A stretch of DNA of 64,000 nt, taken from an uncultured Candidatus Actinomarinales bacterium. Its GTDB lineage: Bacteria; Actinomycetota; Acidimicrobiia; Actinomarinales; Actinomarinaceae. The stretch is from the NCBI GenBank assembly GCA_943789065.1, contig CALSSQ010000001.1, positions 651,827 to 715,826 on the forward strand, in the 5' to 3' direction. Made by a program: the position numbers and the translations under genes. This document shows positions 39,989-49,570 of this stretch, piece by piece. The notes beneath the pieces were generated by a model. The model saw only the letters and a list, made by a program, of their open reading frames with translations. It did not search any database and was not told the origin of the DNA. Within the stretch, counting starts at the first letter, position 1, and every line of letters starts with the position of its first letter.

Positions 39989-41092
39989 TTAGTAGGAAAA
40001 TGGCCAGGCTTTAAAATAATTACGTAACCTAAACCAAATGCCCCATAGGCCTCTGGGTTCAAAAATTAAGAAAAGAATGATGAATAAACCAAACAATAGT
40101 CTTTCAAGCTGACCAAGATTTAAAGGTAGTGATTGTTCTCCAATCTCAAAAGTATGAAGTAACAACTGTATCAAAGCAGGAAATAAGGTATAAAACAGAG
40201 CCCCGAATAAAGGTCCCAGTACTGTTCCTGCCCCGCCAATAACCACTATTGCTACAAAAGTAATAGAGTACAAAAGACTAAAAGTACCTGGTTCAACTCC
40301 TCCAGAGACTGTAAAAAAGAGTGCCCCACTTATACCACCATAAAAACTTGATAAAGCGAATGCTGATGCTTTATATCTAAACAGATTAATACCCAGTGCC
40401 TCTGCAGCAATATCTCCGTCACGAATTGCGGAGTAAGCTCTGCCAGCTCTTGATCTGACTAGATTTTTAAAACCTAAACCAGCAAGAACACATGTAAGTA
40501 GACAGAACAGATAAAGAATTTGGTTTTTTTGTAAATAAAAAGTTCCAATTTCAATTCCTTTTTCTAGATTGACACCAAATAGTTTTAGAGTTGCTACCTT
40601 TCGTCCTAGACCTGCTCCACCAGTAACAGATTTAAAGTTTGAAAATAAATGAGAGCCTATAAATACTAGGGCAAGTGTTACTAAAGCAAGATTAAGACCT
40701 TTTAGCTTGACGGTAATTGGGGCAATTAATAAACCAACGATGGCAGCAGCTACACCAGCTAATGGTAACCAAAAAATCATATCTAAATCGAAACCAACTA
40801 CACTCGAAGTAGAAATTCCCCCGATTACAGCAGAAGCATAAGTTCCAACTCCAATGAATACTCCGTGTGCGAGGTTAATTTGACCCGCTAATCCTGAGAC
40901 AATATTCAAACCCCAACCAGCAATAGCTATCAAAAAAGAAGTCGTTAAAAGAAGTATCCAGTAATCGCTTGCTAGAAAACAAAAAGCAACAGACAAAATG
41001 ACTAATAATCCAAACCAACTTTTTTGTGTATTATTAGAGAATATGGATGATTCCTTTTGGTAGTCAATATAAAGATTTGGCCTACCTCTCAT
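39989..41092 (-). CDS. HAAT-family ABC permease (LivM-like)
   Basis: GLNIVSGLAGQINLAH, SRAGRA..AIRD...AEALGIN, IGGAG. Confidence 0.9.
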   Translation of the reverse strand: MRGRPNLYIDYQKESSIFSNNTQKSWFGLLVILSVAFCFLASDYWILLLTTSFLIAIAGWGLNIVSGLAGQINLAHGVFIGVGTYASAVIGGISTSSVVGFDLDMIFWLPLAGVAAAIVGLLIAPITVKLKGLNLALVTLALVFIGSHLFSNFKSVTGGAGLGRKVATLKLFGVNLEKGIEIGTFYLQKNQILYLFCLLTCVLAGLGFKNLVRSRAGRAYSAIRDGDIAAEALGINLFRYKASAFALSSFYGGISGALFFTVSGGVEPGTFSLLYSITFVAIVVIGGAGTVLGPLFGALFYTLFPALIQLLLHTFEIGEQSLPLNLGQLERLLFGLFIILFLIFEPRGLWGIWFRLRNYFKAWPFSY

Positions 41093-42009
41093 ACTCTTTC
41101 AACCTCCTCAGTACCAAATAATCCATCAGGTTTAAAAATTAAAATTACAAACATAATCAGATATGGAGCAACTACAGAAAAACCATTTCCAAATGAAAAG
41201 CCAATGAGACTTTCAAAGCTTAGCTGATAGTAGGCCACATATCCCTGAGTTAGACCGATGATGATTGATCCAACTACTGCTCCAGGTATTGAATCTAAGC
41301 CTCCAATTACTACTGCTGGCAATGCTCTTAATGCTGATATGAAACTAAATTGTGATAAGGTATTGAATCCTCCGGTGATGAAAAAACCAGCAAAGGCGGC
41401 TAATATTCCCGCTATCATCCAAACAAGACCAAATATTCTACCAACATTAATCCCTTGAGCCATTGCTGCTTCTTGATCATAGGAAGTTGCTCTCATTGCA
41501 ATTCCATATTTTGACTTTCTGAAGAAAATTGTTAAAAGGATAATCAACAATATTGCTGTGACAAGTGCTGCCAACTCAAGATATTTAATATTGACACCTC
41601 CAAGTTTTACTGCGCCAAAATTTCCATAGCTAGGAAATGGGTCACCCATGTATTTTGGATTTATGCCAATCCAACTATCAAGAACAGTTCTCAATAAAAT
41701 ATCAATTCCAATAGTTAGAACTGCAACAGAAAAAACAGGTTCACCCACCATAGGTCTTAAGAAGGTTCTTTCTATAAGTAGTCCCAAAATTCCAGTTAAA
41801 ATAACCCCTAAAAATAATGCTAGCCAAAACGGGATACCTCTATCTATAGCTAATGAACTAATGATCCCCGCTCCTACTACTGCAAGTGCTGGTTGAGCAA
41901 AACTTAAAACTTCCATTGCTTTGTAAATCAATACAAAGCCTATAGCAACTAGTGAATAAATAGCTGCTAACGATAGCCCCTCAACTGTAGCTTGTAGAAA
42001 GATAATCAA
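41089..42009 (-). CDS. HAAT-family ABC permease (LivH-like)
   Basis: YSLVAIGFVLIY, G.AMRA....AA..GIN, IGGLDS, KPDGLFG. Confidence 0.9.
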   Translation of the reverse strand: MIIFLQATVEGLSLAAIYSLVAIGFVLIYKAMEVLSFAQPALAVVGAGIISSLAIDRGIPFWLALFLGVILTGILGLLIERTFLRPMVGEPVFSVAVLTIGIDILLRTVLDSWIGINPKYMGDPFPSYGNFGAVKLGGVNIKYLELAALVTAILLIILLTIFFRKSKYGIAMRATSYDQEAAMAQGINVGRIFGLVWMIAGILAAFAGFFITGGFNTLSQFSFISALRALPAVVIGGLDSIPGAVVGSIIIGLTQGYVAYYQLSFESLIGFSFGNGFSVVAPYLIMFVILIFKPDGLFGTEEVERV

Positions 42010-43856
42010 CTGTACATCTCCTCTATTAGGTCACTAAACTTCTCCATTAAAACATTTCTTTTAATTTTTTGAGTAGCTGTCATCTCTCCATCTTCATGGT
42101 CGAGTTCTTTAGGAATCATTTGAAATTTTCTAATTTCTAAGGAAGAGGTTTCGGCATTTGCCTTAAGTATTTCACTCCACACAAGATCTTTTACTTCTTT
42201 TTTTTCAGACAAATCTCTATAAGTAGTGTGAGGAATATTTTTACGAAGAGCCCAATTGGATACAGTCTCAAACTCTATTGCGATTAAAACTGATAAGAAT
42301 TTTCGTTTATCCCCAATTACAAGTGCATCTTTAATAAAAGGTGATATCTTTATCTTATTTTCAATTTCTTGTGGGGAAACATTCTTTCCACCACTTGTAA
42401 TTATGATGTCTTTTTTTCTGTCAACAATTTTAAGAAACTCACCATCAAAAACACCTACATCACCTGTATACAGCCAACCTTCTTCATCTATACATTCTTT
42501 TGTAGCAGCTTCATCTTTAAAGTAACCCTTAAAGACTGCTGGTGATTTTACTAAAATTTCACCATCATCAGCTAGCTTTATCTCTACTCCATGATTAGGA
42601 ACTCCTACTGTTCCTAATTTCATCTTTTTATCATTATTACCCGAAGCATATGCGCAGTTTTCCGTCATACCATAACCTTCAAAAATTGGAACACCAAGCG
42701 CTAAGAAAAATTTAAGTATTTCGGGAGCAATAGGTGCTGCACCAGAAATAGCTGTTTCTGCTTTACTAAGGCCTAACTTTTTCTTTAAAGTTCTAAATGC
42801 AAGTAACCATCCAATTCCAATATAAATTTGTGCGACTTTATCATTAAAACCTTTTTCAATTTTACGTTCAGCACCTAAATTCCCAAAGTACATTGAAATT
42901 TGAAATAATTGTTTTTTAAGAAAGGTAGCATCTTTCATTCGTACTATTGCACCAGCATGCATCCTTTCAAGAATTCTTGGAACTGCTGGAAAAATTGTTG
43001 GCTGTATTTCTACTAAATCCATTTGAACTGTATCAATTGACTCTGCAAAATTAATTGTCGCGTGAGTATGAGTAGCAATTAATAAGTCTGTAAGTCTCCC
43101 AAATATGTGGCATAAGGGCAGATAGGATAAGAATTGAGGATTAGTTGCGGTAACTGACTCTACTAATGAGAAGTTTGGGATTTGAGAGCCAACCCATTTA
43201 ATATTTCCATGTGAAATCATAGAACCTTTTGGTGGACCTGTGGTTCCTGATGTGTACACCAAAAAAGCAATGTCTTCATCTTCTATGGCATCTAAATGTT
43301 CATCTACACAAGTTGGATGGGAGTTATATTCAGTTTTACCAATTTCTAGAAACTCAGCAAATTTCATTAACTTTGGATGGTCATAGTTATAGAGACCTCT
43401 TTCCTCAAAATAAATTATTTTTTCTAATCCAGGTAAATCATCGATAACTTCAAGTGCTTTATCAACTTGTTCTTGATCTTCTGCGAATAATATTTTAGAT
43501 TCAGAATGCGAAAGTAAATACTGTACTTCTGATGATGGATTTGAAGGATACAAGCCAACGCTTACGTAGCCCATTGACTGAATTCCGATATCTGCAATAA
43601 ACCATTCTGGTCTATTTTCAGAGTGAATTGCTACTGAATTTCCCTTCTCAACTCCAAAGTGTCTAAGTGCCATACCTAAGTAGTTTGACTTAAGCCAAAA
43701 GTCTTCATAAGTAGTTTCCTGCCATAATCCAAATTCTTTATATCTCATTGCAATCATATCTGGAAATCTTTGAGCCGTTTCTCTTACTTTTTTAGATGGA
43801 GTCTCTCCCCCATCCCTCAAGATTTCTTGATAAATTTGATCCATGGATAATGCCAT
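42006..43856 (-). CDS. long-chain fatty acid--CoA ligase
   Basis: YTSGTTGPPKG, SYLPLCH, GYGMTE, DRKKDIIITSGGKNVSP. Confidence 0.9.
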   Translation of the reverse strand: MALSMDQIYQEILRDGGETPSKKVRETAQRFPDMIAMRYKEFGLWQETTYEDFWLKSNYLGMALRHFGVEKGNSVAIHSENRPEWFIADIGIQSMGYVSVGLYPSNPSSEVQYLLSHSESKILFAEDQEQVDKALEVIDDLPGLEKIIYFEERGLYNYDHPKLMKFAEFLEIGKTEYNSHPTCVDEHLDAIEDEDIAFLVYTSGTTGPPKGSMISHGNIKWVGSQIPNFSLVESVTATNPQFLSYLPLCHIFGRLTDLLIATHTHATINFAESIDTVQMDLVEIQPTIFPAVPRILERMHAGAIVRMKDATFLKKQLFQISMYFGNLGAERKIEKGFNDKVAQIYIGIGWLLAFRTLKKKLGLSKAETAISGAAPIAPEILKFFLALGVPIFEGYGMTENCAYASGNNDKKMKLGTVGVPNHGVEIKLADDGEILVKSPAVFKGYFKDEAATKECIDEEGWLYTGDVGVFDGEFLKIVDRKKDIIITSGGKNVSPQEIENKIKISPFIKDALVIGDKRKFLSVLIAIEFETVSNWALRKNIPHTTYRDLSEKKEVKDLVWSEILKANAETSSLEIRKFQMIPKELDHEDGEMTATQKIKRNVLMEKFSDLIEEMYS

Positions 43857-43858
43857 AA

Positions 43859-44629
43859 CTAACTCACTCCCAAATATGCATCAATAACTTTTTTATCTTT
43901 AACAATTTCATTTGGAACACCTTCAGCTAATTTTTCTCCAAAATTTAATACCATGACCTCTTCTGCAATATCCATAATCATGTTCATATCGTGATCAACC
44001 ATAATTATGGTCTTTTTCATTTCTTCATGTATGTCAATAATAAATCTTGCGATATCTTCAGTTTCCTCATTATTCATTCCTGCAGCAGGCTCATCAAGTA
44101 AAAGTAAGTCAGGATTCATTGCAAGTGCCCTTCCCAATTCAACTCTTTTTTGAACACCATAAGGTAATGACATGATATAAGAGTATCTAAATTGTTCTAT
44201 TTCAAGAAAATCGATAATTTCTTCAGCATTTTTTCTTGCCTCAATTTCATTTTTCTTAACCTTTTTACTAAATAGCAAACTTGATACGGGTCCATAATTT
44301 AATTGTCTGTGGCATCCAATTAGAATATTGTCTAGTACAGTCATATTTTCAAATAATTCTATATTCTGAAAAGTTCTTGCGATCCCTAGTGAAGCAACTT
44401 CATCTGGTCTTAGTTCATTAATGTTATTATCTCCATATTTTACTGTGCCGGTGGTTGGTCTATATATGCCACTTATGCAGTTGAATATTGAGGTTTTACC
44501 GGCACCATTTGGACCTATTATTGAATATAGCTTTTTTGGCTTGACCTCAAAACTTATCTCATTCAATGCTGTAATACCACCAAATTTTAATGTCACATTC
44601 TCAAACTTTAAAGATTCTATGACAACCAC
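43859..44629 (-). CDS. ABC ATP-binding protein (LivG-like)
   Basis: GPNGAGKT, RTFQN, LPYG, LDEPAAG. Confidence 0.92.
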   Translation of the reverse strand: MVVIESLKFENVTLKFGGITALNEISFEVKPKKLYSIIGPNGAGKTSIFNCISGIYRPTTGTVKYGDNNINELRPDEVASLGIARTFQNIELFENMTVLDNILIGCHRQLNYGPVSSLLFSKKVKKNEIEARKNAEEIIDFLEIEQFRYSYIMSLPYGVQKRVELGRALAMNPDLLLLDEPAAGMNNEETEDIARFIIDIHEEMKKTIIMVDHDMNMIMDIAEEVMVLNFGEKLAEGVPNEIVKDKKVIDAYLGVS

Positions 44630-45405
44630 CTTTTCTTTCTCTTGTAGTGCTTTACGTCTTTGAAAGATTTTCTTTTTGTTCCCTCAGCATTCAAACCTAA
44701 ATAAAACTCTCTTACATCCTCATCATTAAGCAACATATTGCTTTTATTGTCCATTACGACATTGCCCGTTTCCATAATATAACCATGATCGGAAATATTA
44801 AGGGCCATATTTGCATTCTGTTCGACAAGTAGAACTGTTACCCCTTGAGAGTTTATTTCTTGAATCAATTCTGCAACCTCATCGACGAGTTTTGGAGCTA
44901 AGCCGAGACTTGGCTCATCTAAGAGAAGATAGCTCGGATCAGACATTAACGCTCGTCCAATTGCCAACATTTGCTGCTCTCCCCCAGAAAGGTAGCCAGC
45001 TTTCCCTTTTGATCTCTCTTTAAGGATTGGAAACAGATCTAGAACTTTATCGATATTATCTTTAATGTCATTACTATTTGTATGTCCACCAAGTCTTAAG
45101 TTTTCAATAACAGTTAGCTCAGAAAAGATTCTTCTTCCCTCAAGAACCTGTGCTATACCTTTTTCAACAATTTTTGAGGGATCTAAGTTTGTAATGTCCT
45201 CTCCGTCTACTGAAATTGATCCCTTTGTTATATCACCATTTTGAACATCTAAAAGACCAGTAATTGATCGAATGACTGTAGTTTTACCTGCGCCATTGCT
45301 GCCGAGTAATGCAACAATTTCTCCTTTTTTAATCTCTAAAGAAACTCCTCTTAAGACGAGGATTACATCTTGGTAAACTACTTCTAGGTTTTCAATAGCT
45401 AACAT
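44617..45405 (-). CDS. ABC ATP-binding protein (LivF-like)
   Basis: GSNGAGKT, LSGGEQQM, DEPSLGLAP, C-terminal HYKRKKRWLS; likely start ATG 45405. Confidence 0.92.
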   Translation of the reverse strand: MLAIENLEVVYQDVILVLRGVSLEIKKGEIVALLGSNGAGKTTVIRSITGLLDVQNGDITKGSISVDGEDITNLDPSKIVEKGIAQVLEGRRIFSELTVIENLRLGGHTNSNDIKDNIDKVLDLFPILKERSKGKAGYLSGGEQQMLAIGRALMSDPSYLLLDEPSLGLAPKLVDEVAELIQEINSQGVTVLLVEQNANMALNISDHGYIMETGNVVMDNKSNMLLNDEDVREFYLGLNAEGTKRKSFKDVKHYKRKKRWLS

Positions 45406-45433
45406 GTACCTTATTACTTTAACTGATGATTTA

Positions 45434-45450
45434 TTGAATTCACAATTCAA
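45434..45450. promoter_or_regulatory. palindromic operator candidate upstream of the ABC/acyl-CoA ligase operon
   Basis: Perfect inverted repeat TTGAATT-CAC-AATTCAA, 28 nt upstream of the operon's first ATG. Confidence 0.45.
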
Positions 45451-45563
45451 ATTAAAGATGAATAAAAAAACAGAAACCAAATATCTATGATTTAGTCATG
45501 ACATCAAATTTCAAAATAATCTCCTTTCTGCATAAATATCATTACATTTGAACTACATATAAG

Positions 45564-46781
45564 ATGGTGTATATGGATAATGAAAATTTCGAGCAACAAG
45601 AATTATTTAAGCAAGAAAAGTATATTTCTGATTTACTAGAGCAAAAAACTCCAAAAAATAAATCTTCACTAAACACAATTTTTGGAAGCTCAATACTTAC
45701 AAGCATCATTGTTTTATCTTTTCTCTATGTTTACGGAATATTTGATGAAAATGAAATTATCATTCCTGACCCAGTAACTATCACCGAAACGGTTACTGAA
45801 ACAGAAGTGATCATGCCAAGAATTGATTCAACTGAAATTGTTTCAATTGCTGAAATTGCTACAAAAACTATAGTTCAAATTCAAGTAGGGCAAGTTAACG
45901 AAAATGATGAATTCATTTCTTTAGGTGGTGGTTCTGGAGTAGTTATATCGGCAGAGGGGTTAATCATAACAAATCATCATGTAATTGATGAGGCTTCTTC
46001 TGTTAGGGTTATTTTTGAAGATGGAAGGATGTATAAAGCTGAAATTATCGGTTCAGATAAACTTACTGACATTGGTTTAGTCAAAATTGAATCAAGTAGC
46101 TTAACACCAATTGTTATTGGAAACAGTGACATACTACTTGTTGGAGATTTGGCAGTAGCTATTGGTCATCCACTTACGCTAGGAGCAGCCCCAACTGTTA
46201 CTACTGGTATCGTTTCCGCATTAGAGAGAAGACTCGATGTTGGTGGACAGGACATGAACTCGTCGGTTACTTTATTTGGACTCATACAAACTGATGCACC
46301 TATAACTAGAGGATCAAGTGGTGGGGCTCTTTTAAATCAAAGAGGTGAATTAATTGGTATTACTACTGCTATCGCTACCGCTGATGTCGGCGCCGAGGGT
46401 CTCGGATTTGCAGTGCCAATAAATTTAGCCTTAAACATAAGCCAGGACTTAATTGATGATGGAAAAGTTTATCATTCATTCCTTGGAATTTTAGGCGCAC
46501 AACACTTTGAAGTAGCTGAAGATGGAGCAAGAATTTTCTCAGGAGTCGAAATCCAGGAATTGTACGGACCAGCTAACGATATATATGCAATTGGTAAAGC
46601 TGGGGCATTACCTGGTGATATTATTAAAAAAGTTAATGGAAAAAATATTAAAACCTTAGATGGATTGATAAGTTTTTTGAGGGGCAAAAAAGCTGGAGAT
46701 GAAATTTCTATTGAAATAATTAGAAATGGCCAAACCATAACTTTGGAATTCTTATTAGACCTAAGACCATCTGATGTCTAA
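45564..46781 (+). CDS. htrA: HtrA/DegP family serine protease with PDZ domain
   Basis: TM anchor, GSGV, TNHHV, D, QTDAPITRGSSGGAL, PDZ. Confidence 0.9.
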   Translation: MVYMDNENFEQQELFKQEKYISDLLEQKTPKNKSSLNTIFGSSILTSIIVLSFLYVYGIFDENEIIIPDPVTITETVTETEVIMPRIDSTEIVSIAEIATKTIVQIQVGQVNENDEFISLGGGSGVVISAEGLIITNHHVIDEASSVRVIFEDGRMYKAEIIGSDKLTDIGLVKIESSSLTPIVIGNSDILLVGDLAVAIGHPLTLGAAPTVTTGIVSALERRLDVGGQDMNSSVTLFGLIQTDAPITRGSSGGALLNQRGELIGITTAIATADVGAEGLGFAVPINLALNISQDLIDDGKVYHSFLGILGAQHFEVAEDGARIFSGVEIQELYGPANDIYAIGKAGALPGDIIKKVNGKNIKTLDGLISFLRGKKAGDEISIEIIRNGQTITLEFLLDLRPSDV

Positions 46782-47821
46782 TGTCTGAGGATATTTTCTC
46801 TCAATTCTTTAATCTGTTTAATAACAATGACTCAGATGTTAATTGGGAGCTTTCAAAACAAATTAACAAACATTTAAACAAAGATAGTTCGGAAGAAATT
46901 CTTGAACTCTCTAATGATCAACTAGATTTGAATGAAATCTTTAGGTTCTTAGAGTTAAATATTCATAATGTAGGTAATTTTGATTCAGAGCAAACAAGTA
47001 TTCAAATACTTGAGCCAAGTCTTTATGGTGAATGGTTCTTGAACTCAATACAACATTTTGACTTTTCAAAATTTAGTATTGGTGACCTTCCTGGAGGACT
47101 ACAAATAGGAAACATCCAATCTTCCATAATTGGTATGCAACTAGGTAACTTGGCTGGAATGATCAGTAAGAATATGTGGGGACTTAGCCAGTTTGGAATT
47201 ATTCTTCCACAATCAGACATTCTCGCTATTAATAAAAATAAATATTTTGAACGAATAGAACAATTTGAAACCGATATAAATGAACTTGCTCTATCACTGC
47301 TAACCTTGGAAGTTGTCGCATTAAGTCTTGGTAAATATACCTCCCCTTTTGAAAAAATAATTGAGAATCTTGAAAAAGCAAGTAAAGAGATGATGGAAGG
47401 ATTTAAAGACTTAGATCTAGATCCATCAAAGATGGCAAACCCTGAGGATATGTTGCAAAATTTCTCAGGACTTGAAGGATTTGACTCTTCAAAAATAATT
47501 GAAGAGATTGTTGCACCGCTTAGTTTTTATAGGGGTGTCATAAAATCAAAAGCTAAAAGTTTGAATTTAATTCAAGACAATGCAACATATGACCTTCTGA
47601 TGGATCTGAGTTTTACATTTGGTGAGAGTCCTCTTGGTGAAATTGAAAAAAGTATAGATGAGCTAGACGAATCAACATCACTTTTCTTTGATTTCCTAAT
47701 ATCGTCTAATAGTCAATACTCAATTGATGACATGCTTTTGGATAAGGACTTAATACCAAGCAGGAGTGAGATTGAAGACCCAATCTCTTGGGCTGCAAGA
47801 ACTTCTTTACCGCCTATTTAA
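46781..47821 (+). CDS. DUF2342/zincin-like protein, apparently lacking metal ligands
   Basis: N-terminal VNWELS.Q, G.QLG...G....WG..Q, C-terminal ..P...IEDP..W.AR resemble the actinobacterial zinc-dependent metalloprotease family. Confidence 0.6.
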   Translation: MSEDIFSQFFNLFNNNDSDVNWELSKQINKHLNKDSSEEILELSNDQLDLNEIFRFLELNIHNVGNFDSEQTSIQILEPSLYGEWFLNSIQHFDFSKFSIGDLPGGLQIGNIQSSIIGMQLGNLAGMISKNMWGLSQFGIILPQSDILAINKNKYFERIEQFETDINELALSLLTLEVVALSLGKYTSPFEKIIENLEKASKEMMEGFKDLDLDPSKMANPEDMLQNFSGLEGFDSSKIIEEIVAPLSFYRGVIKSKAKSLNLIQDNATYDLLMDLSFTFGESPLGEIEKSIDELDESTSLFFDFLISSNSQYSIDDMLLDKDLIPSRSEIEDPISWAARTSLPPI

Positions 47822-47857
47822 AAAAAGTTACTAAAGTGTAGAAAAAAGGAGAAACAA

Positions 47858-48313
47858 ATGAGCTTACAAGTTGGAGATACTATACCTGAATTTAAATTAT
47901 ACAATTACGATAAAAATGCCTATGAAGATAAAGATTTTTTAGGTAAGAAAACAATGTTTGTTTTCCTTCCCTTTCCATTCAGCAGTGTCTGTGACAAAGA
48001 AATGTGTGAACTCAGAGATAATAAAGCATCTTTAGAAGAAAATGGAACTGATACGGTTTTAATCACAGTAGGTGCAAGTCCAACAAATAGTGCATGGGCT
48101 GCACATTATGGTATTGAGTTTCCAATACTTGCAGATTTTTGGCCTCATGGAGCAGTGTCACAAAAATTTGGTTGCTTCCATGAAAAAGCTGGTATTTCTT
48201 TAAGGTACTCTTACATAACTGATGAAAATAATGTAATCACTGAAATAATCAAAAGTGATGAAATTGGTGTTGAGAGAGACTTTAGTGAATATAAAGAAAG
48301 TTTTGGCTTTTAA
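47858..48313 (+). CDS. peroxiredoxin (AhpE-like)
   Basis: PFPFSSVCDKE (PxxxSxxC), LADFWPHG. Confidence 0.88.
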   Translation: MSLQVGDTIPEFKLYNYDKNAYEDKDFLGKKTMFVFLPFPFSSVCDKEMCELRDNKASLEENGTDTVLITVGASPTNSAWAAHYGIEFPILADFWPHGAVSQKFGCFHEKAGISLRYSYITDENNVITEIIKSDEIGVERDFSEYKESFGF

Positions 48314-48591
48314 CTAACTTCCCTAATATCAAAACTTTGTACTCTCTGTCTTTTGATACGTCTACGTTCTCTTTCAGAGAGTCCGCCCCATATACCAAAC
48401 TTTTCAGATTGCTCTATGGCAAATTCTAGGCAATCTTCCTGGACGTTGCAGGCTCTACAAATAGACTTGGCTTTTCTTGTTGAAGCACCTCTCTCGGGGA
48501 AAAATATATCGGCGTCTGCACCCTTACAGTTTGCTTCCTCAGTCCATGAAGGCATTCCTCCAATTAGATCTTCCATTTTTGAATTTTCCAC
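48310..48591 (-). CDS. whiB: WhiB family Fe-S transcription regulator (WhiB/WhiB2-like)
   Basis: Four Cys (C, CxxC, C), FFPERGASTR.AK, GIWGGLSERERRR. Confidence 0.92.
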   Translation of the reverse strand: MENSKMEDLIGGMPSWTEEANCKGADADIFFPERGASTRKAKSICRACNVQEDCLEFAIEQSEKFGIWGGLSERERRRIKRQRVQSFDIREVS

Positions 48592-48629
48592 CCTTGCTCC
48601 TTATATAGAAAACTAAATTACATGTGTGT

Positions 48630-48658
48630 AATCTATATAGTTTTACAACAATTGTCAA
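48630..48658 (-). promoter_or_regulatory. sigma-A type promoter of whiB
   Basis: TTGACA (48653-48658), 17 nt spacer, TAGATT (48630-48635) on the minus strand. Confidence 0.65.
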
Positions 48659-48714
48659 GGGGCTAATTCTTCATTTAATTTAGCGTAATTTTAGATATGT
48701 AGGATAATTAAATA

Positions 48715-49170
48715 ATGCCTAATCAAAAATTAGTTTCCTCTGGAGGAATTTACAAAGGTAAGACAAGCATGTGGCTCTACATATTTCATAGAGTTACTGG
48801 TGTAGCTTTATTTGGATATCTTTTACTGCATATCATTTCAACAGCTTTAATTCTTTTAGGACCTGAGGTTTATGAGGGTGCTGAAGCAATATACAAGAAT
48901 TTTTATTTTAGAGTAGCTGAAATAGGCTTATTTGGAGCAGTGTTAGCACATGCGATAAATGGTCTTAGAATAATTACTGTAGACCTATGGAGAAAAGGTT
49001 CTGATTATCAAAAACAGCTTAATGTAATATCTTTAGTAATTTTTATCGGTGTTTTTGTTCCCTCTACATACAAAATGGTAGATTCATATTTTGATTTATG
49101 TTTAGAGAAAAGTTCACCAGGAACCACCGTCACTGATTGTATTGTAAGACCTATTCCGGATTGGAAGTAG
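48715..49170 (+). CDS. sdhC: succinate dehydrogenase cytochrome b556 subunit
   Basis: HRVTG, H..NGLR heme His motifs, 3 TM. Confidence 0.92.
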   Translation: MPNQKLVSSGGIYKGKTSMWLYIFHRVTGVALFGYLLLHIISTALILLGPEVYEGAEAIYKNFYFRVAEIGLFGAVLAHAINGLRIITVDLWRKGSDYQKQLNVISLVIFIGVFVPSTYKMVDSYFDLCLEKSSPGTTVTDCIVRPIPDWK

Positions 49171-49174
49171 GGAT

Positions 49175-49570
49175 ATGAAAACTCAAAGGACAGACTGGGG
49201 CCGAAGGCAGCCACCTCTAGTAGGATCTAGTTTCGAGTTGTACGCATGGTTTTTTATGAGAGTCAGTGGACTACTACTTGTACTTCTGGCAGTTGGACAT
49301 ATGTTCATTATGCATGTATTCAATGATACTCTTAATCTTGATTATGAATTTGTTGCTGCAAGATGGGATACACCTTATTGGCGAGCTTTTGACTGGTTAC
49401 TTTTAGCCTTAAGTCTTCTTCATGGTACAAATGGACTCAGGGTAGTCCTTCATGACAATATATCGGATCAAACTGTAAGGAAACTCTCATTATCAGCACT
49501 TTATGTGACAAGCACTGTTTTCTTTATTTTAGGAACTTATGTTATTGTGGCTTTTGTGAGTAAATTATGA
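49175..49570 (+). CDS. sdhD: succinate dehydrogenase membrane anchor
   Basis: WFFMRVSG..L...H, HGTNGLR..HD. Confidence 0.92.
   Translation: MKTQRTDWGRRQPPLVGSSFELYAWFFMRVSGLLLVLLAVGHMFIMHVFNDTLNLDYEFVAARWDTPYWRAFDWLLLALSLLHGTNGLRVVLHDNISDQTVRKLSLSALYVTSTVFFILGTYVIVAFVSKL

Noticed and set aside
45406..45480. Extended N-terminus of the LivF-like ATPase
   Set aside because: The ABC domain starts at MLAIENLEV (45405); the upstream part is promoter DNA containing the palindrome.
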